64,000 bases of DNA from Amoebidium appalachense (lineage: Eukaryota > Protista > Ichthyosporea), in NCBI GenBank assembly GCA_963693365.1, contig CAVNZM010000010.1, forward strand, positions 6,883,794 through 6,947,793, given 5' to 3'. Below are positions 1 through 25,752 of the stretch, one piece after another (the stretch's first letter is position 1; every line of letters starts with the position of its first letter). A program made the position numbers and the translations under genes. A model generated the notes under the pieces. That model saw nothing but the letters and a program-made list of their open reading frames with translations. It made no database searches and was not told the origin of the DNA.

Positions 1-116
1 AGGGGGGGAGGAGGGGGGTAAAGGGGGAGAGGGGGGGGGGGGGGTTGTTGTTGATTGTGATGTGGTCTGTGGAGATGCGGAGCTGAGCATGTGCTGCTCA
101 TTATCGACTTTCGTCA

Positions 117-148
<32 letters not shown>

Positions 149-310
149 AAAAACGAAAGAAACGGAAAGAAAAAGAAAAAGAACATCCAGCCCCGCCCCC
201 CTCCCCCCCGCCGCTCCCCCCCTTCCCGCCCGGTCTCCACCCATCACCTCTACTCTTGATCTTTTTCTCTTTTGATTTCTTCTGAACCTCTTTGCTGCCG
301 CTGTTTTCAC

Positions 311-363
<53 letters not shown>

Positions 364-773
364 CCCCTTCTCCTTCCCCCGCATCCGCCTTTATCCTGTA
401 CACACACCCTTGGCCTCCCTGCAACCTACTGTTTCTTTCCCCCCTTCATATACTTCCTTGCCAAGCCCTCCTTTCAACCTCCCCCTCCCCCTCCTCCCCC
501 CACGCACCCCCCCCCCCCCCACCCCCCCCCACCCCGCCTCTTTCCCTCCCTTTCCCCCCTCCCACATCCGGAAACGACTCAACTAACCATAACTCCCCCC
601 CCCCCAACCTCTCTCAGGAATATCTCACTCAACCAACTACCCCCCACCCCTCCCCCTCTTCCTCTTTCCCGCGTATCCCCCCCCCCCCCCCCCCCACTTT
701 CTTCCCTCCATCCCCCCCCCTTCCCTCTTCCCCCACCACCACCGCCGTTGCCGCCTCCCCCACCCACCCACAG

Positions 774-874
774 AGAGAGGATAGTTCTCTTCACCGATGA
801 GCCTCGCAACATGAGTTTCTCCGAAGACTTGGCAAAAGCCATGCTCGAACTCGTCATGAAAGAACCGTGTGTTG

Positions 875-924
<50 letters not shown>

Positions 925-2006
925 ACCACCACCACCACCTCCTCCCGCCCCTCTCCCCCTCCCCACCCCCACCCTTTGCCTCCTTTCCCTCTCTGCTTTT
1001 AGCCGTTTTAGCCTCTCCACATGTCTCCCGCATCAACATTTCTTTATGAAGATACACGCTTTGTCAGCTAACAGTTGTAGATCGACACATGCTCTATAAA
1101 CCCACCCAAAACTGCACCCAAAAAAAGCTCGAAGTCGATATCTTGCCACCAAGACCCTCTTTCGCCTGTCTATTTCATCTCATGGGTAACACAGATAACA
1201 AGTATTCATGAGTGTATTATTCGTTGATATGAGAATCAAATCACCATAAATATATGAGTTGTCTGCCATACATAAGCATATGAATGAATTGCTCAAATAA
1301 TGGCTTGCCAACATTGCCGCCTTCCCCCTCCCTCGCAATATTAGACATAATGGTATCCGACTCGAGCTCAATGGCATTTCAGATGAGAGGGAGGGGTGTG
1401 TGCGTGTGTGTGTGTGCGGTTATGTGTGTGTGGTGGTGGCGGTTGGGGGGGGGGGGAGGGAGGGAGGGAAGAGAGATGGGAAGGGGAATGGGTGGTGGGG
1501 GGAGGGGGGGATGGGGGGAGGGGAAAGAAAGAAGGTGGATGGGGTGGAAGGGGGGGGGGGGGGGGGGGGGGGAAGAGAGGGGAGGGAGGGAGAGAAACTG
1601 GCAGAGAGAGAGGGATGGGGGGGGGGGGGGGGGGGGGGGGGAGAAGGTGGGCAGGTAGCAAACAAGATGGACACCTGCAGGTGGTCTTGGGATATGTGGG
1701 GGCCCAATAGATGCTGCACTGCGTACATGCATATGGTGGTGTACGGGTAGACAGAATATGCCGAGGGGTTGATGTTGTTCTGTGTGTCAGTTATCAATAT
1801 CAGTGTAAGCACGGCATGCGAGTTTGTTTTGTTGTTGTGGTTATTGTTGAGTGTACAGGTGTGAATGGGAGACTAAGGAAGTGTACGAAACTGGGCCCAA
1901 CTATTGGTACTGATGTGTTTTGAATTGCAGAGACCACTGGGGAATTCTGAATCTTGTCAGCTCAGAACCCACAAATGTGAGAGCCCTCTCCTCCCCCCCC
2001 CTCTCC

Positions 2007-2048
<42 letters not shown>

Positions 2049-2237
2049 ACCACCACCACCCAAACAACCCCCCCCCCCCCCCCCCCCCCTCCCCCCCCTC
2101 AGAGGCCCGTCCCTACCTCCACCACCAGCACTACCACCATGGCATATGTTTAGGTGTACGTGTGGATGTGTTCTTTCGACTACCGTACTGCAAAGTGCTC
2201 TCTGTAGGGGTCATTGCTCTTCACGTCCTACCTACAG

Positions 2238-2281
<44 letters not shown>

Positions 2282-2442
2282 AAAAAAAAAAAAAAAACAA
2301 CCCCACAAAAAAGGAAACCTCCCCCCCCCCCCCCCCCTCCCCCCTCCCCCCGCGTGCGCGCTCGTGCACACACACAAATACACACACAGAGCCACATGGA
2401 CATGCACGTAGGGAGACAAGCTCAGGTACACTCACAGGCATG

Positions 2443-2499
<57 letters not shown>

Positions 2500-2836
2500 T
2501 TTGGCCTTCCATTCCTATTCTGCCCCCTGCCTATCACCGGCCTCTCTTCTACTCATCCACCCACATCCTACTAACTTGTTTTCCCTCCTTGCTCTCCCGC
2601 CCCCCTCCTCCCTCCCCCCCCCCCCCCCCCCCCCCCCCCTTCTTCTTCAGAGATACGAGCTAGCCCGGTTGATCAACCAATCACTTCACGAAGGCTCCAT
2701 GGAAAACATTCAAACGGGACTTTCTGCCGAATCGGGGCTTAATCGGCCTCTGGATCTGACGATGGACACGACAAAAGTGCGATCGCTGCTAAAGACACAC
2801 ATCAGAGGGATTTCGGAGTACTTCAAAGCGCTCTAA
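774..2836 (+). CDS. 3' part of an RmlD-like (dTDP-4-dehydrorhamnose reductase / MAT2B-type SDR) gene; exons ~774-866, 1931-1976, 2651-2836; 5' exons lie outside the window
   Basis: GT-AG joins keep frame and give [50 protein letters not shown]...[16 protein letters not shown]. This matches the RmlD substrate-binding C-terminus (LFTDExR...EDLA, GIxNL, SRYELA, RPxDxxLD). Confidence 0.75.
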
Positions 2837-3846
2837 ATCTTAACATTTATTGTTAAGCATGCTGTTAGTCGTCACCTAAGTACTGAATTTTGTTTGGTTT
2901 CCTGTATGGGTTGAATTATACATGGTTTATAGCAAATGTGATGATAAGACTGTTCATGTGGTGATAGGTGAGTGTACACTTGGTTTCCAAAAAAATATGG
3001 AATTCCAAAAGACTGTAATCAAAAATAGTGGGAATCCTGAATACACACCGTAGGCCAAACAACGGTGGTGTGGGTTCTGGACAAATGCACTTCATAAGCA
3101 ACGGTAAAAGTACAAAAGACACAAAAAAGATAGAAAGCTGATTTTTGAGTCTGGGTATTACTAACCCTAACATATCTGCATGCTCGGGTGACTGTTGTGT
3201 GCTTCCATATACATAGATACTATAGAGGATTAAGTGAGGAGATTATATTCCAAGGAGGGAAGCAGGCATCCAGATATGTATGTATAGACCTAGAAAGCCC
3301 TAAAATCATGTACGGGGGTGGTATTGGATGATAATATACTTAAGGAGGACGAAACCACGGGTTTCATGAGGGTTTCATCGACATAATAAGTACATTTGCC
3401 GATGAAAACCCACCTAATGATTGTGCTGTATGAATCCAAACCCACCCACTTGCACATGGGGTTGTGCGTAGTGCACACACTTGCATGCTCAAAACCAGAT
3501 CAAAATGTAGGCAAACATATGTCACGAGTTGTGTCTACGATTATGCATGCTAATGCATGCCACTGCAGTACCGATACATACACACGTCCATGTACAGAAA
3601 CAATCTGCTTCACACGCAAGGCGTGTGTTTATATGCATACGTAAAGTTTAATATTACGGATACGCGTACTTATGCACCCATAAAAAGTAAGCATACATAT
3701 GCATATGCCAGGCACACACTCACACACCCCTTCACTGTCAAGTGATTCTGATGCAAATTATTAATGCAATGCTTATGCACCTCCCTCTACGGGACACATG
3801 CACACACACAAACACACACAGAGAGAGAGGGGGGGGGGGGGGGGGG

Positions 3847-3889
<43 letters not shown>

Positions 3890-3913
3890 GGAGAAAGAGA
3901 GAGAGAGAGGGAG

Positions 3914-3948
<35 letters not shown>

Positions 3949-3953
3949 TGTGT

Positions 3954-3984
<31 letters not shown>

Positions 3985-4598
3985 GGGGGAAGGGGGGACC
4001 CACCCTTTTTTTCCACACCACCACAGGGGCTCTAATCTCTTTCCTCTTGTTATTCACAGAGTTGAAAATGTAACAATTAAAAGGGGACCGTCAGACGTCG
4101 ACGTTTTGTTAACCTTGTATATGACGGGCGTTCATTTGGCCACCCAATACCCCCAAATACATACAAGGGGCAAGGAATAAGAGCACATTGCATCAGCATC
4201 GATATCACATCTCATCAGACTTAGGGGTCACTTGCAAACCTGTACTCGTGTACTCTTTTCTTTTTTCCGATGAATCTGTGTATTTGGAATTCAACATGGT
4301 TGCTAAGTAATATAAAGTACATGCCTACAGGCTATCATATACACGGGACCTCAAAGTCCAACAAAAGTTGTGTGCCGGCACACGAACTCACAAACGATCC
4401 ATGTCACCACCGGGAGCCCGCTCCCGTGACTGCTAGCTAAATTCTACCACGCTTTTGCACCAAAGTTATAACACAATAATAGTTCACTTGCTCGCTTATA
4501 TGTCACGGAGTACACCTAGCAAATATGATGCATTTCAATTAACACAGGAAAGTAAACACCGTGATGTTTACATGCAGACCTTTGGCCACCTATCCTTC

Positions 4599-4631
<33 letters not shown>

Positions 4632-5012
4632 TTCCACACACACACACCCACACACACACCCACCCACCCACACACACAAAAAAAAACAAAAAAAGAAAAA
4701 AAAAAAAAAAAAACGAAACGAACAACCAAGCAAGCAAGCAAACAAACAAACAAAGAAATAAACAAAACGCCCCCAACCCTACCCCATCCACCCATGACCA
4801 GCCCACACACAACAAAATCCACCGAGAAATTCGTTATTATTATCCACTGATCGGGTCTCACCACCTCTTCAAACAGATCCTTAAACCCCCACACATCCGT
4901 TCAGTCGTCCAAGCTGGCAAGTCGTTCCCTATTCCTGGCTATATTATACCCAATCGGCCTTAATCGGTTCTAATCGATTTGCGGTCAGTCTTCAAATTGC
5001 CGATTTACGCAG

Positions 5013-6002
5013 TTATGGTGTCCACTCTGGGTAGCAATAGTTCTTAGGCACCAGCCCCTTCCTGCCGCCGAACTCCACCACCATCCACCCCTCACAGTCT
5101 CCTTGCTCGATCACACGCATGCGGTCACCCTGCAGGGTGAAGGTGAAGGAGGGGGGTTTAGAATGCATTACTGAGTACAAGTACGCATTCACGACAGACT
5201 ACAGCACACACTCAAGACAGACTACAGCACACATTCACGACAGACAAGACCATGCAAATATTGCAGGAAGGGAGGGGAGAAGGGGGGGGAGGGGGGGGAA
5301 AGACGACAGAGTCAGAGAGGAGGAGAAAGGGGTAGCCGAGTATATGCAGAGGAGGTTTGTTTGAGCGCATGTTGTCGGAGGGGGGGGGGAGGGGGGGGGG
5401 GGGGGGGGGGGAGGGAAGGGGAGGGGTGCGTGCGTGTGTGTAGGCCCGGCGGGGGGGGGGGGGGGGGGGGGGGGATTGTATTGTGTTACTGAGTACGAAG
5501 CACACATGCTAGGCCCGGGGGGTGGGGTGGGGAGGGGGGAGGGGGGGGGGGGGGGGGGGGGGGAGGAGGGAGGGAGGCATATCATAAAAGATAGGTCATA
5601 GCTTCATGAGGGTATTCTATCAGAGTTTGTGAGTATTTCAATTCATCCGGCAGCTACTTAAACTCTCTTCATCATAATAGCAATCATCAATCAACATCTT
5701 TCTTATTTCTTTTTCTTTCTCCCTCTCTCTTTTCTCATCCTCCTTCCCTCCCTCCTCTCCCTGGGGATAGTGGGAAGAGGGGGGGCAGGGCGCGGGGGAC
5801 GGCGGGGGGGGGTTTCACGTTGGGTCTTCTGCTACCATTGACCTATCCATTTCCCTTTCTCAGAAGGCACTATTCATATCAGACACAAAAAAGGAAGCAC
5901 AAATGGGAGGGGAAGGTGTGTGTGTGTGTGTGGTGTGTGTGTGGGGGGAGAGGAAGGAGGAGGGGGGGGGGGGGGTTGCCATGGGGTGGTGGTGGTGGTG
6001 GT

Positions 6003-6033
<31 letters not shown>

Positions 6034-6576
6034 GGGGGGGGAGGGGGAGGGAGGGGGGGGGGGGGAGGGAGGGGAGGCACACTACCATATGGAATGTGAG
6101 CTCATCTTGGTCTGTGGCCGTGTATGGATAGGCCGCAACCAAATACGCAGGTAGGCCCTGGGCTGCATGCTGGATGGCTGGCTCAGGAGATGACGTCTCT
6201 GCCGCTGGCGCTACCTCAGGGGGAATGGGTGAAGGTGCACGGTGAAGCTCAGGAGAGGGGGAGACCGGGTAGATGTGTTCGTATGCATGCACGGGGAGTG
6301 GGACAATGGGTGTAGTGTGGTTGTAGGTTTGGGAGAGAGAGGAATCACTGGAGTTGTATGGATGTGGGAGGGGGATGGTGGGGAGGGCATGGGGGTGGGT
6401 GTATGGTTTGTGCAATGTGTCGTATGGGTCGTGGCCGTTAGAACTCGGCAGGGAGGTGGAGGAGGAGGGGGTCATTGCTGCTGAGCGCTCACTGCGTGTT
6501 GGCTGTGGGGATGCCCATTCGTCATGTTCCTGCGTGAAGAACAGGGTGAGTACAGTACCCAATCTGAAACTGCCAT

Positions 6577-6610
<34 letters not shown>

Positions 6611-7005
6611 CCATTTCCCCCTTGCCCCGGCCGCGGCCCCCTGTCCGCCACCAGTTGTTCTCATCCTTCTCCCCAACACACAAAAAACAGGCTCACACAG
6701 GTACACAGGCAAATACACAAACACACACACACACCCATGCACGCACGGACGCATGCACACATGCACACACGCGCTGCTCCCCCCCCTCCCCCCCAACCTC
6801 CCTCCCAGAAAACCTGCATCCAGAAAATTGGACTTCGGAAGTTTACATAATGAGAGTGTCTTAGTCTTTTCTCCAGCCTTGCTGTAATGCACACAAGCAA
6901 ATTCTTCATAACATTGATGTTTGTAAAGAGGACGAGTGGTGTAGTGGTGGAGTTGTGGCGATGGCGGTGGTGATGCTTTTTTTTTTTTTTTTTTTTTTTT
7001 TGTTG

Positions 7006-7045
<40 letters not shown>

Positions 7046-7258
7046 GGGCACGTACATCGATATTGCTGACTGGGTGGGCAGGCTCGGGAGGTTCTTTGTG
7101 GTCGATGGTGGGGTCCATGCGCACAGGCAGGTGCACCTGCACACGTTCCTTGGTCTGAATGCCACCACCACGTGTGTGAGTCAACAGGCACATAATGCCC
7201 CCCCCCCCCTCCCCCCCCCCCCCCCTTCCTCCTTTCCTTACCCCCGCCCCCCGGAAGC

Positions 7259-7289
<31 letters not shown>

Positions 7290-7360
7290 AAAACACACAC
7301 ACACAAGCCCCCATTCCCCCAACACAGAAAAAAAGAAACACAGTCGACACAAACAAGCTC

Positions 7361-7394
<34 letters not shown>

Positions 7395-8305
7395 CCCCCC
7401 TTCCCTTAATAAAAAAAAAAGAGAGGAACACACACACACACACACACACACGCATGCACGCACGCACACACGCGCATCCATTCACTTCTCCTGAATATTT
7501 CTGCTTATGCTGGTCGCTACTGCTGCAAGTGCCGAAAGACAAACCAACATCTATGTAGTTGGGGCCACACCAACCAGTCCCAACGAGAGTGTGGCAGGTC
7601 CCAACCACCACCAGCAAGCCACACAGCACCAACAAGAAGAGCACACCACATGCACATACATACACCCTACACGTGCACACACACTGACCAAACCATAGCA
7701 CATGCACATACATACACCCTACACGTGCACACACACTGACCAAACCATAGCACATGCACATACATACACCCTACACGTGCACATATACTGACCAAACCAT
7801 AGCACATGCACATACATACACCCTACACGTGCAGACACATTCAACCTACATGTACACACACACATTCACACACCATAGCACATGCACATACATTCACACA
7901 CCGCAGCACGTGCACATAGACTGACCATTCATACCACATTCCATATACATTCACCATACCACGTGCACACACTGGCCAAACCATACACGTGCACACACAC
8001 TGGCCAATCATACCGGCTACTCATACCACATGCACACAAGGACACCCAAGGACACGTACATTCACCAACTCAGCCAAGTCATCAGGCAGCAGGCATGCCG
8101 TGCCTATGACCGTCTCCCACTTTGGCTCATGTTTCTCACACTCCCGCTTGATCTCACAGGCATTGCCCCCCTCCACCCACCAGCCCAGCACAGACCTCTC
8201 CTGCTGCAGCACACGGCACATGCGTGACCGCTGCTCTAGAAGCAACTGGGGAAAAAAAGATGATAGGAGGTAAGCACAGTGATCAAGAATGATGTTTTTT
8301 TTTTT

Positions 8306-8336
<31 letters not shown>

Positions 8337-8942
8337 GGGGAGGGGGGAGGGGGGGAGGGGGGGGGGGGGGGGAAGGAGAGGTAGCGGAAGAGAACAAACA
8401 CACATGTTTCTAGAATCAGAGTGCACACCACAGTGCAGGTTTAACCACAGCTGTAAACTCATGTGCACAAAGCAAGAGGATAACGGGCAAAGAGGCAAAG
8501 AGGAAGGGGGGGGGGGGGAGGGGGGGGGGGGGGGGGGGGGGGGGGAGGAAGGGGGGCCGGGCCCTATATCTAAGGATATAGTTCTTCAAAAGTATATAGA
8601 CCTAATCAACCCCCCCCCCCCCCCCCCCCCACACCCCCCCGTACTCCCCTCGGCGCTCCATTTATCTCTAAAAAGTATAACTCAACCTCACTCCCCCCTC
8701 TTCTTAGCACGCCCCTGAACCAATACCAACTACCCCAACTGTGCGAAGCACACAAACAGAGCACAACACCACCCACCTTTTCACACTCCTCCTTGTGGAA
8801 GTCAGAGATGCGTTTTGTCTGCGCTGTAACCTGTCGGAGGGACTGGGGGAATTTTAATGTGCCTGTGTGAGAACGGAACGAAGGGGCAGAAATAGGACAC
8901 ATTAGGGTCAATCGAATGTACTGTAAGGCCTACCCGTACTAC

Positions 8943-8981
<39 letters not shown>

Positions 8982-9803
8982 CATGGCCTGGCACGGTAGA
9001 TACCGCAAAGACAAACATGAAAGTGTGGGCAAAGAAAGAAAGCTGGATGCTGGTAAATGAGCCTTACTACGAAACCCTCCACCCACACCCATAACGTCAC
9101 CCAATCGCCCTGATCTCTTTGCTCCTTTCTTTTCTTTTCTTTTCTTTCTTTTCTCCTTCACATAATTCCCCTTCTGTTTTCCGGTGTGTGCATGTGTGTG
9201 CGTGCGTGTGCGTGTGCGTGAGTGTGTTCGTGTGCGTGTGGATGTGCATGGGCGTGCGGGTGTGTGTGTGTGCGCACGCGTCCGTGCGTGCGCGCGGGTG
9301 TATGTACTGTAAGTTGCCTTAAACGGCCACCCTTTCGCACCATGTACGGGCGGTGACTAGAGAACTAGAAGTACACTATACGAAGAAAAAAAAATAAAAA
9401 TCACTATAAATAAGAAAAATACTATATCTTCTATTTCTACTAAGCATGTACATATGTAGAGTTGCATAAAAGTATGTTTTTTTGCTTGCGACGCCGATGA
9501 TAATTTCTGGTGGCAAATTTTTGATCTGTGGTAAATAGGCCACCCCGGGCGGAAATCAGCCAGATTCGGCCAAATGGCAGTCCAGATTCCTCAGTCTTTA
9601 AAAAAGTTGACAAAACGTCCATGTAAGCGGTGTCGCTCTCATAGGTTTCGCAGCGCAAGCGCTTTCTTAGTATCGCTGGAAAGGTAAGGGAAAATGCTTT
9701 CTAGAGGTACCCTGCATTTTGGGCTAGCGCGATTCTTGCGATACTTAGCGATTGAAAACCAAACGTGGCCGAATTAACACGGTGGCCGATTTAGGCAATT
9801 TAC

Positions 9804-9859
<56 letters not shown>

Positions 9860-10583
9860 CGCGCGCCTGTGTGTGTAGGGGTATTACAATACCTCCTGCA
9901 AGTTGACGGCATTCTTATCCCCCGTCTTGGCAGCCATCTTACCCCCCTTCTTAGCCATGTTCTCCATGGCCTTGAGCTGCTTCTGCAGGCTGGCATTCTC
10001 CGTCTTAAAGCCCTTCTCAAACGTCTGAAAAAAGAGAAACCAGTAAGTGTGTGCCTTTGGGGGGGAGGGGGAGGGGGGGGGGGGGGGGGGGGAGGGGGGA
10101 TGGGAGTGAGGGAGAGGGAAGGGATTGAAGGTGGCAGAAATGTAAAATCGAGCCGAAGTAATGTGAGGTAGGGGAACAGAGAGCACACCAGTGTGGCAGC
10201 ACCATGCAAATGATGTATTCCCCGTAGGGGGGGAGGGGGGACGTCGGGGGGGGGGGGGGGGGGGGGGGGGGGGGAGAAGGGCAAGGTCTATGTCGGCCTT
10301 TCTCTGTTAGTCATCATGTTATGTCAATTTTCGAGGACTGCTGACGTCACAGAGTGGCTCATGGCAGGTCGGTACTGGTAGAATGCAGCCCACTGGTTGG
10401 ATTTCATATGCATGGAATGCCCATTGCTTGATAATCGACATACATGGTTGATGGGATGCATACCTATGAGAAGTGGTGACATAGTCGTTAAAGCATACCA
10501 GACGAGACGAGCATATAGAAGAATTTTTCAGGGGCTGGGGATAAGTTGGGCTCGTGGGTGGATGGAGTGGGGTGTGTGTGTAT

Positions 10584-10615
<32 letters not shown>

Positions 10616-11461
10616 GCGCCACCCATACCTGGAGGAATTTTGGCTCCTCGGCTATTGAGTTGCGCAGACCCGCATCTAAATCAAGCAGCCGGCTGGCCTG
10701 TACATATTCACCGATCAGTCATATGTATAACCCCCCCCCCACCTCCCCCCTCTCCCCAAAGTGCCACCAATAGGCAACCATGCATCATGCAACCACGTGA
10801 GAAACTAAGCTGCATTAGGAACCATATAACACGACAAAGTCGAAAGGTGAAAGGGGGGATGGGTAGGCTGTGCATCAAAAATGAAAGCTAGCTGGGAAGG
10901 GGAGGGGGGGGGGGGGGGGGGTGTGGGGGGGGGGGGGTATCTATCTGAGGGCAAGAGAGAGAGAGAGAGGGAGGGAGGGAGGGGGGAGGGGGGGTACGTG
11001 TGAGTGGGGAAGTGAGTGAGTGAGTGAGTGAGTGAGTTAATTTGTGTGCGTGTGTGTGCATATGTGTGTGTGTGCACATGGAGAAACACAGAGAGGGAGA
11101 CGACGGTTGGAGTGGGGATGGGGAGGGTGGGAAAAGGAGCAGGAGACAAGGGAAAGTAGGGGAACGGGGAATGGGGAGAGGGGGGAGAAAGGCAGAGTAA
11201 GTAGAAAGGATCAGCAAAAGAGGAATCTCCGAAATCCCCACACAGGCACACAGGCACACAAACACACAGGCACACAGGCACACAAACAACAGGTGCACAT
11301 GCACACAGGCACACAGACACGCATGCATGGGGCCAATACCATCTCATCGTAGTGCTGGCCCAGTCCAATGTGCACCTCGGCTGCATCCTTGAGCCCATCC
11401 ACTGCACCATGCATGGGGACAAACATGCGAGTGTGGCGTGTGTGTGCGTGTGTGTACCCAC

Positions 11462-11531
<70 letters not shown>

Positions 11532-11674
11532 TGTATGTGTGTGTGTATGTGCATGTCAGTACACTGTGTGTTAAGGTGTCTGCGTGTGTTTGTGCTTGTG
11601 CCTGTGGTTGCTCGTATGTGCAAATAGTAAGCCCGCATGTCTGTGAGTATGTGTTTGTGCCCGTGTGTGTGTGC

Positions 11675-11715
<41 letters not shown>

Positions 11716-11743
11716 CGTGTGTGTGCATGTGTGTGCGTGCGTG

Positions 11744-11794
<51 letters not shown>

Positions 11795-11923
11795 ACGCAT
11801 GCGTGCCTGAGAGCATGTGCTCGTGTGCGCGCATGTGCATGCATGCAACGGCTCCATATAGTACAAGGTCAGAGAGTGGGTGTCTGGGCCAATGTAATGT
11901 GTGTGTGTAAGTGTGTGTGACAC

Positions 11924-11974
<51 letters not shown>

Positions 11975-12712
11975 CACACCCACCTGCATCTTTGACTGCA
12001 GGGATGTGAGCCAGCCTGTCATAAGCCCTCATAGCCTCCCCATACTGCCGCTCATACTTGGCCACCTCTGCACCACGCACACACCTGTGTCAGTAACTCC
12101 AGTCTAGCCGTCTTATTTTCTTTTAAAGTCGCTGTCTCCTACCCCCTCTCCTCTCCCCCCCCCCCCCCCCCCCCCCCCCCGCCCCCTCCCCCCCCCCCCC
12201 CCCCCCCCTCCCCCCCTGCCCTCCCTCCCACCCCCTCCCTCCCCTTCCCTTCCTTCCCGGCCGCCCCTCCTAACCCCCCCCCCCCCCCCCCCAGCTCCAC
12301 TCCCCCCATGCCCCCACCTCCCTCCTATTCTATCGCCCTAGCCATCCAAACACCCCAATAATTTTCAAACAACCAGGAAGGGCTTGGAATGTTTCTTGTT
12401 TTTTTCCCTTCTTTTCTTTTCTTTTTTTTTTTTTCCTTGGGGGGGGGGAGGGAGGGAGGGGGGAGGGGGGGAGGGGGGAGGGGAACGGACACGTACCCTT
12501 GTAAGCATTTGCAAGTTTCACAACCTCCTTGCGGTGGCAATAGAACACACGGGACTCACTGCGCATGTGCTGTTTTTTTGTTTGTTTTTTTGCGGGGGGA
12601 GGGGGGGGGAGAGGGGAGGGCAGGGAGGGAGGGGAGGGGGGGATGGTCACACACCAACCAGACACCAAAAGAGTGGATGCATAGGATCGTAAAAATGCAC
12701 ACGTGCTTGCTA

Positions 12713-12745
<33 letters not shown>

Positions 12746-13274
12746 AGCCCCCGTTGTCCACAAAAAAAAAAAAATGCAAGCACATGTCTCCTGATATCCC
12801 TCTCCGAACAATTCCATGACCAGGCCAGACCCTCCTCTCCCCCTTCAGCCCATCCCCCCCATCCCCCCCCCCCCCCCCTCTCTCCTCTCTCCCCCACCCA
12901 CTACTATCCTGCCTCACCTCCCCTTCGCCCTGGCCTCCACCACACGTGAGCTGCCCCCCCCCCCCCCCCCCCCCCCAAACCTTCCCCTCCCTCCTAACAG
13001 GCGACAAAAAAACATCAACTAGCTTAACTCTTCCCTCCCTTTCCCATTTCAAGTATGTTTCCACTATTTATAATTCCTGTCCACGACAACCAAGTACCAG
13101 CTACATAGCCAAGGTGAAGCAAACAAAAGCACTCTTGACACACCTCCATAGTTTCTGTTGCCACTTTAACCACCCTTGTCTTCCCTCCCATGTCTGACTC
13201 ATCCACCAGCTGCATACTGCCACCACCTCCAAAAGATGCCGTCAAGGCAGAAGAACCAGTCCGTGCAAGTGACG
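5013..13274 (-). CDS. IRSp53/MIM-like I-BAR (IMD) + C-terminal SH3 protein; exons ~13144-13274, 12497-12569, 11985-12084, 11339-11402, 9893-10024, 8777-8830, 8110-8245, 7055-7154, 6086-6529, 5013-5129 (an exon near 10.2-10.4 kb and the start are unresolved)
   Basis: Spliced helical region includes [47 protein letters not shown] and [16 protein letters not shown] (compare IMD ALIEERRRFCFL). A Pro-rich linker follows, then a clear SH3: [17 protein letters not shown]|[32 protein letters not shown]. Confidence 0.75.
7648..7850. repeat. 52-bp intronic minisatellite, ~3.5 copies
   Basis: ACATGCACATACATACACCCTACACGTGCACACACACTGACCAAACCATAGC recurs at a 52-nt period. Confidence 0.85.
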
Positions 13275-15546
13275 CTGGAAGACAAAAAAACATGAGAATC
13301 ACTGAGCCTGAATGCATGATGTGACAAAATTCGCTCAGCGTCTGTGTGTAGGTGGATGAAGAGTGCGTTTTTGCGAGTACGTGGGCGAATGTACTTAGAC
13401 ATTTGTGTGCTCGAACGCCTAATCAGGTATCTCTGTCCCTGCCATGGGATGTGCCAGAAACAAATCGTGTGCTTGCACTGACGTGCTTGTGGTGTGTGTG
13501 TGTCTGCGCGTTCTCGTGGTATGTCCATGGTTGCACAGGTGCATGTGTTTCTGCTTCACTTCGGTCGTAAGCTGCATGGTGCAAACCTCGAAAAAACCTC
13601 TACCTATTGTCTAAAGCTTCCCCCAGATCTCATAAGAGGAGGCAGCACAGCACACTCGGGTAGGCACAACATGACCTGCATCAACCTGCTAAAACATAAG
13701 AGAACGAACACGCCCAAAGATTATAGGCCACGAGAATGCATAAAACCACCACAACATGGCACATAAGCACAAGAAGCTCTCAGCTGCAAAATCATAGCAC
13801 TAGGCTAGTTGCTTGTTTGCCAGTGCAGAACGCTAACCACCCGTGAACTCGAGCATCGCACATGAATATATGTAATTAGATTAAGTTTGTCTTGCTCGAC
13901 GATGTGAACGTTAAAAACCTTGCACCATAACCAATCCAGCCCAAAACAAGCTGATACCAGCGCCTTAATAAAGCCACACAGCCAGCAGCGTCGACATTTT
14001 CTTGGGAGAATGACCCGAGGGAAGCCTACCTGCCATTTTCGGCTACTCAGGCACCGCGCCTTGCAAGTTGCAATCACAACCAAACCCGAATATATGCTAA
14101 CTATCCACTGCTACAAGGCGTGTTAAACAGCATACAGACAGCCAAAATTTATTTTTCAGAAACTCGTTTTCTTCATAACTACTGAGTCTAACCTCTCGAG
14201 TTCCACGTTTTGAACAAGTGAAAATGTGAATACTGATTGCTGAGTAAGCCGAGCCACATTCCAACGGCTTTTATACCTTCCCAAGGGCTGACACATTTTG
14301 AGTGGCTGGCGGTTATGGAGGGGGGTAAAAAATAGCTCCACCGAGGACACAAACGGAGCTCCGCCTCCGAGTCCACACACACACGTACATGACGCAGCTC
14401 TCTGCATTAATATCATGGCATGCCTCGCTCGTATAGCTCGCATCTTTTATTATGGTGTTACCAACATTAGATAGCTTCTAGTTTTCATTTTTCCATAATT
14501 ACCTTGCGCACTTCTGCGAAATTCGAATTCATGCCTCTCAGTGCATGCAGATCTGTAGTACTGTAACAGGTCTATGCTATCTTGTTTGCGATAAGAAATT
14601 CTGTAAAAATTGATGTCCCGAAATCGAAATCACCCTAGAAATCTGCCCAAAAATGGGCACTTGAGGCTGATAACAGTTTATCAAAAACAGAATCAAATCA
14701 TATGCAAGAGAAGCTGTCAAGAAGCGGGAGTTTCTGCAAGCCCTACCTTACCGTCTTATCTCTTTCTATGCCACAACTTCCCCTATAATCACTGGCTGGC
14801 AGGGTTACCAAGGCTTCAGGGTAAAGCCCCGAATTCCCACTTCGCTCAGGTTTTCAGAAGGTTACGTGAGTGGTAAGACTTTAGCAGCACAGGCATGAAA
14901 AAGCCACGTTTGGTTGGTTTAATTTTAGCTGTTCTCTTTAGTCATCCAACAAATGCACCATATATAGTTAGTATGTCACGCCATCCAATGGTCGCTTTAA
15001 GATAGCCCTTCTCACATATAAATTTGCTACGTGGCACACACTGTGCACGGCTTCAAAATCAAAACAGTGTGAAACGTTTCGAAAGCTTGTGTTTTCTTGG
15101 CCTGACGAACATTTTTAAGGTTAGAAGATTTGACTGCTATTGAAGCAAAGTAAATACTAGCTAAGGTCTTCTATATGTTACAGGCTGATTTTGGCTGAGC
15201 ATTCCACCCCCTTCTTCGTTAGCTTAGACGTAGGGTAGGCCAGCAAACTCAAAACACGTTTCCACCTTCTGAGGTTGCTGCAAACCTTGGTGGAATGTTT
15301 GCCTTGCGCACACAGAACAACTCGCAATATTTTGTTTAGGCTAACCATATACGCCAACCGCAATTACACCACAATATTCACTATTTACCAAAAAAAATAC
15401 ATAAATTGTCTTTTTTTTTCCCAAGCCGGAAAATGTTGGCACGTAGAAGGTCTTCCTTGTCCTTGGGTCCCTCAGCCTCTTCTCTTTTGGGGCGGGGTCA
15501 CCGTGTGCGTCTACGCAGTGAGGATTACCTTCGTTTGTTGACACAG

Positions 15547-25752
<10,206 letters not shown>
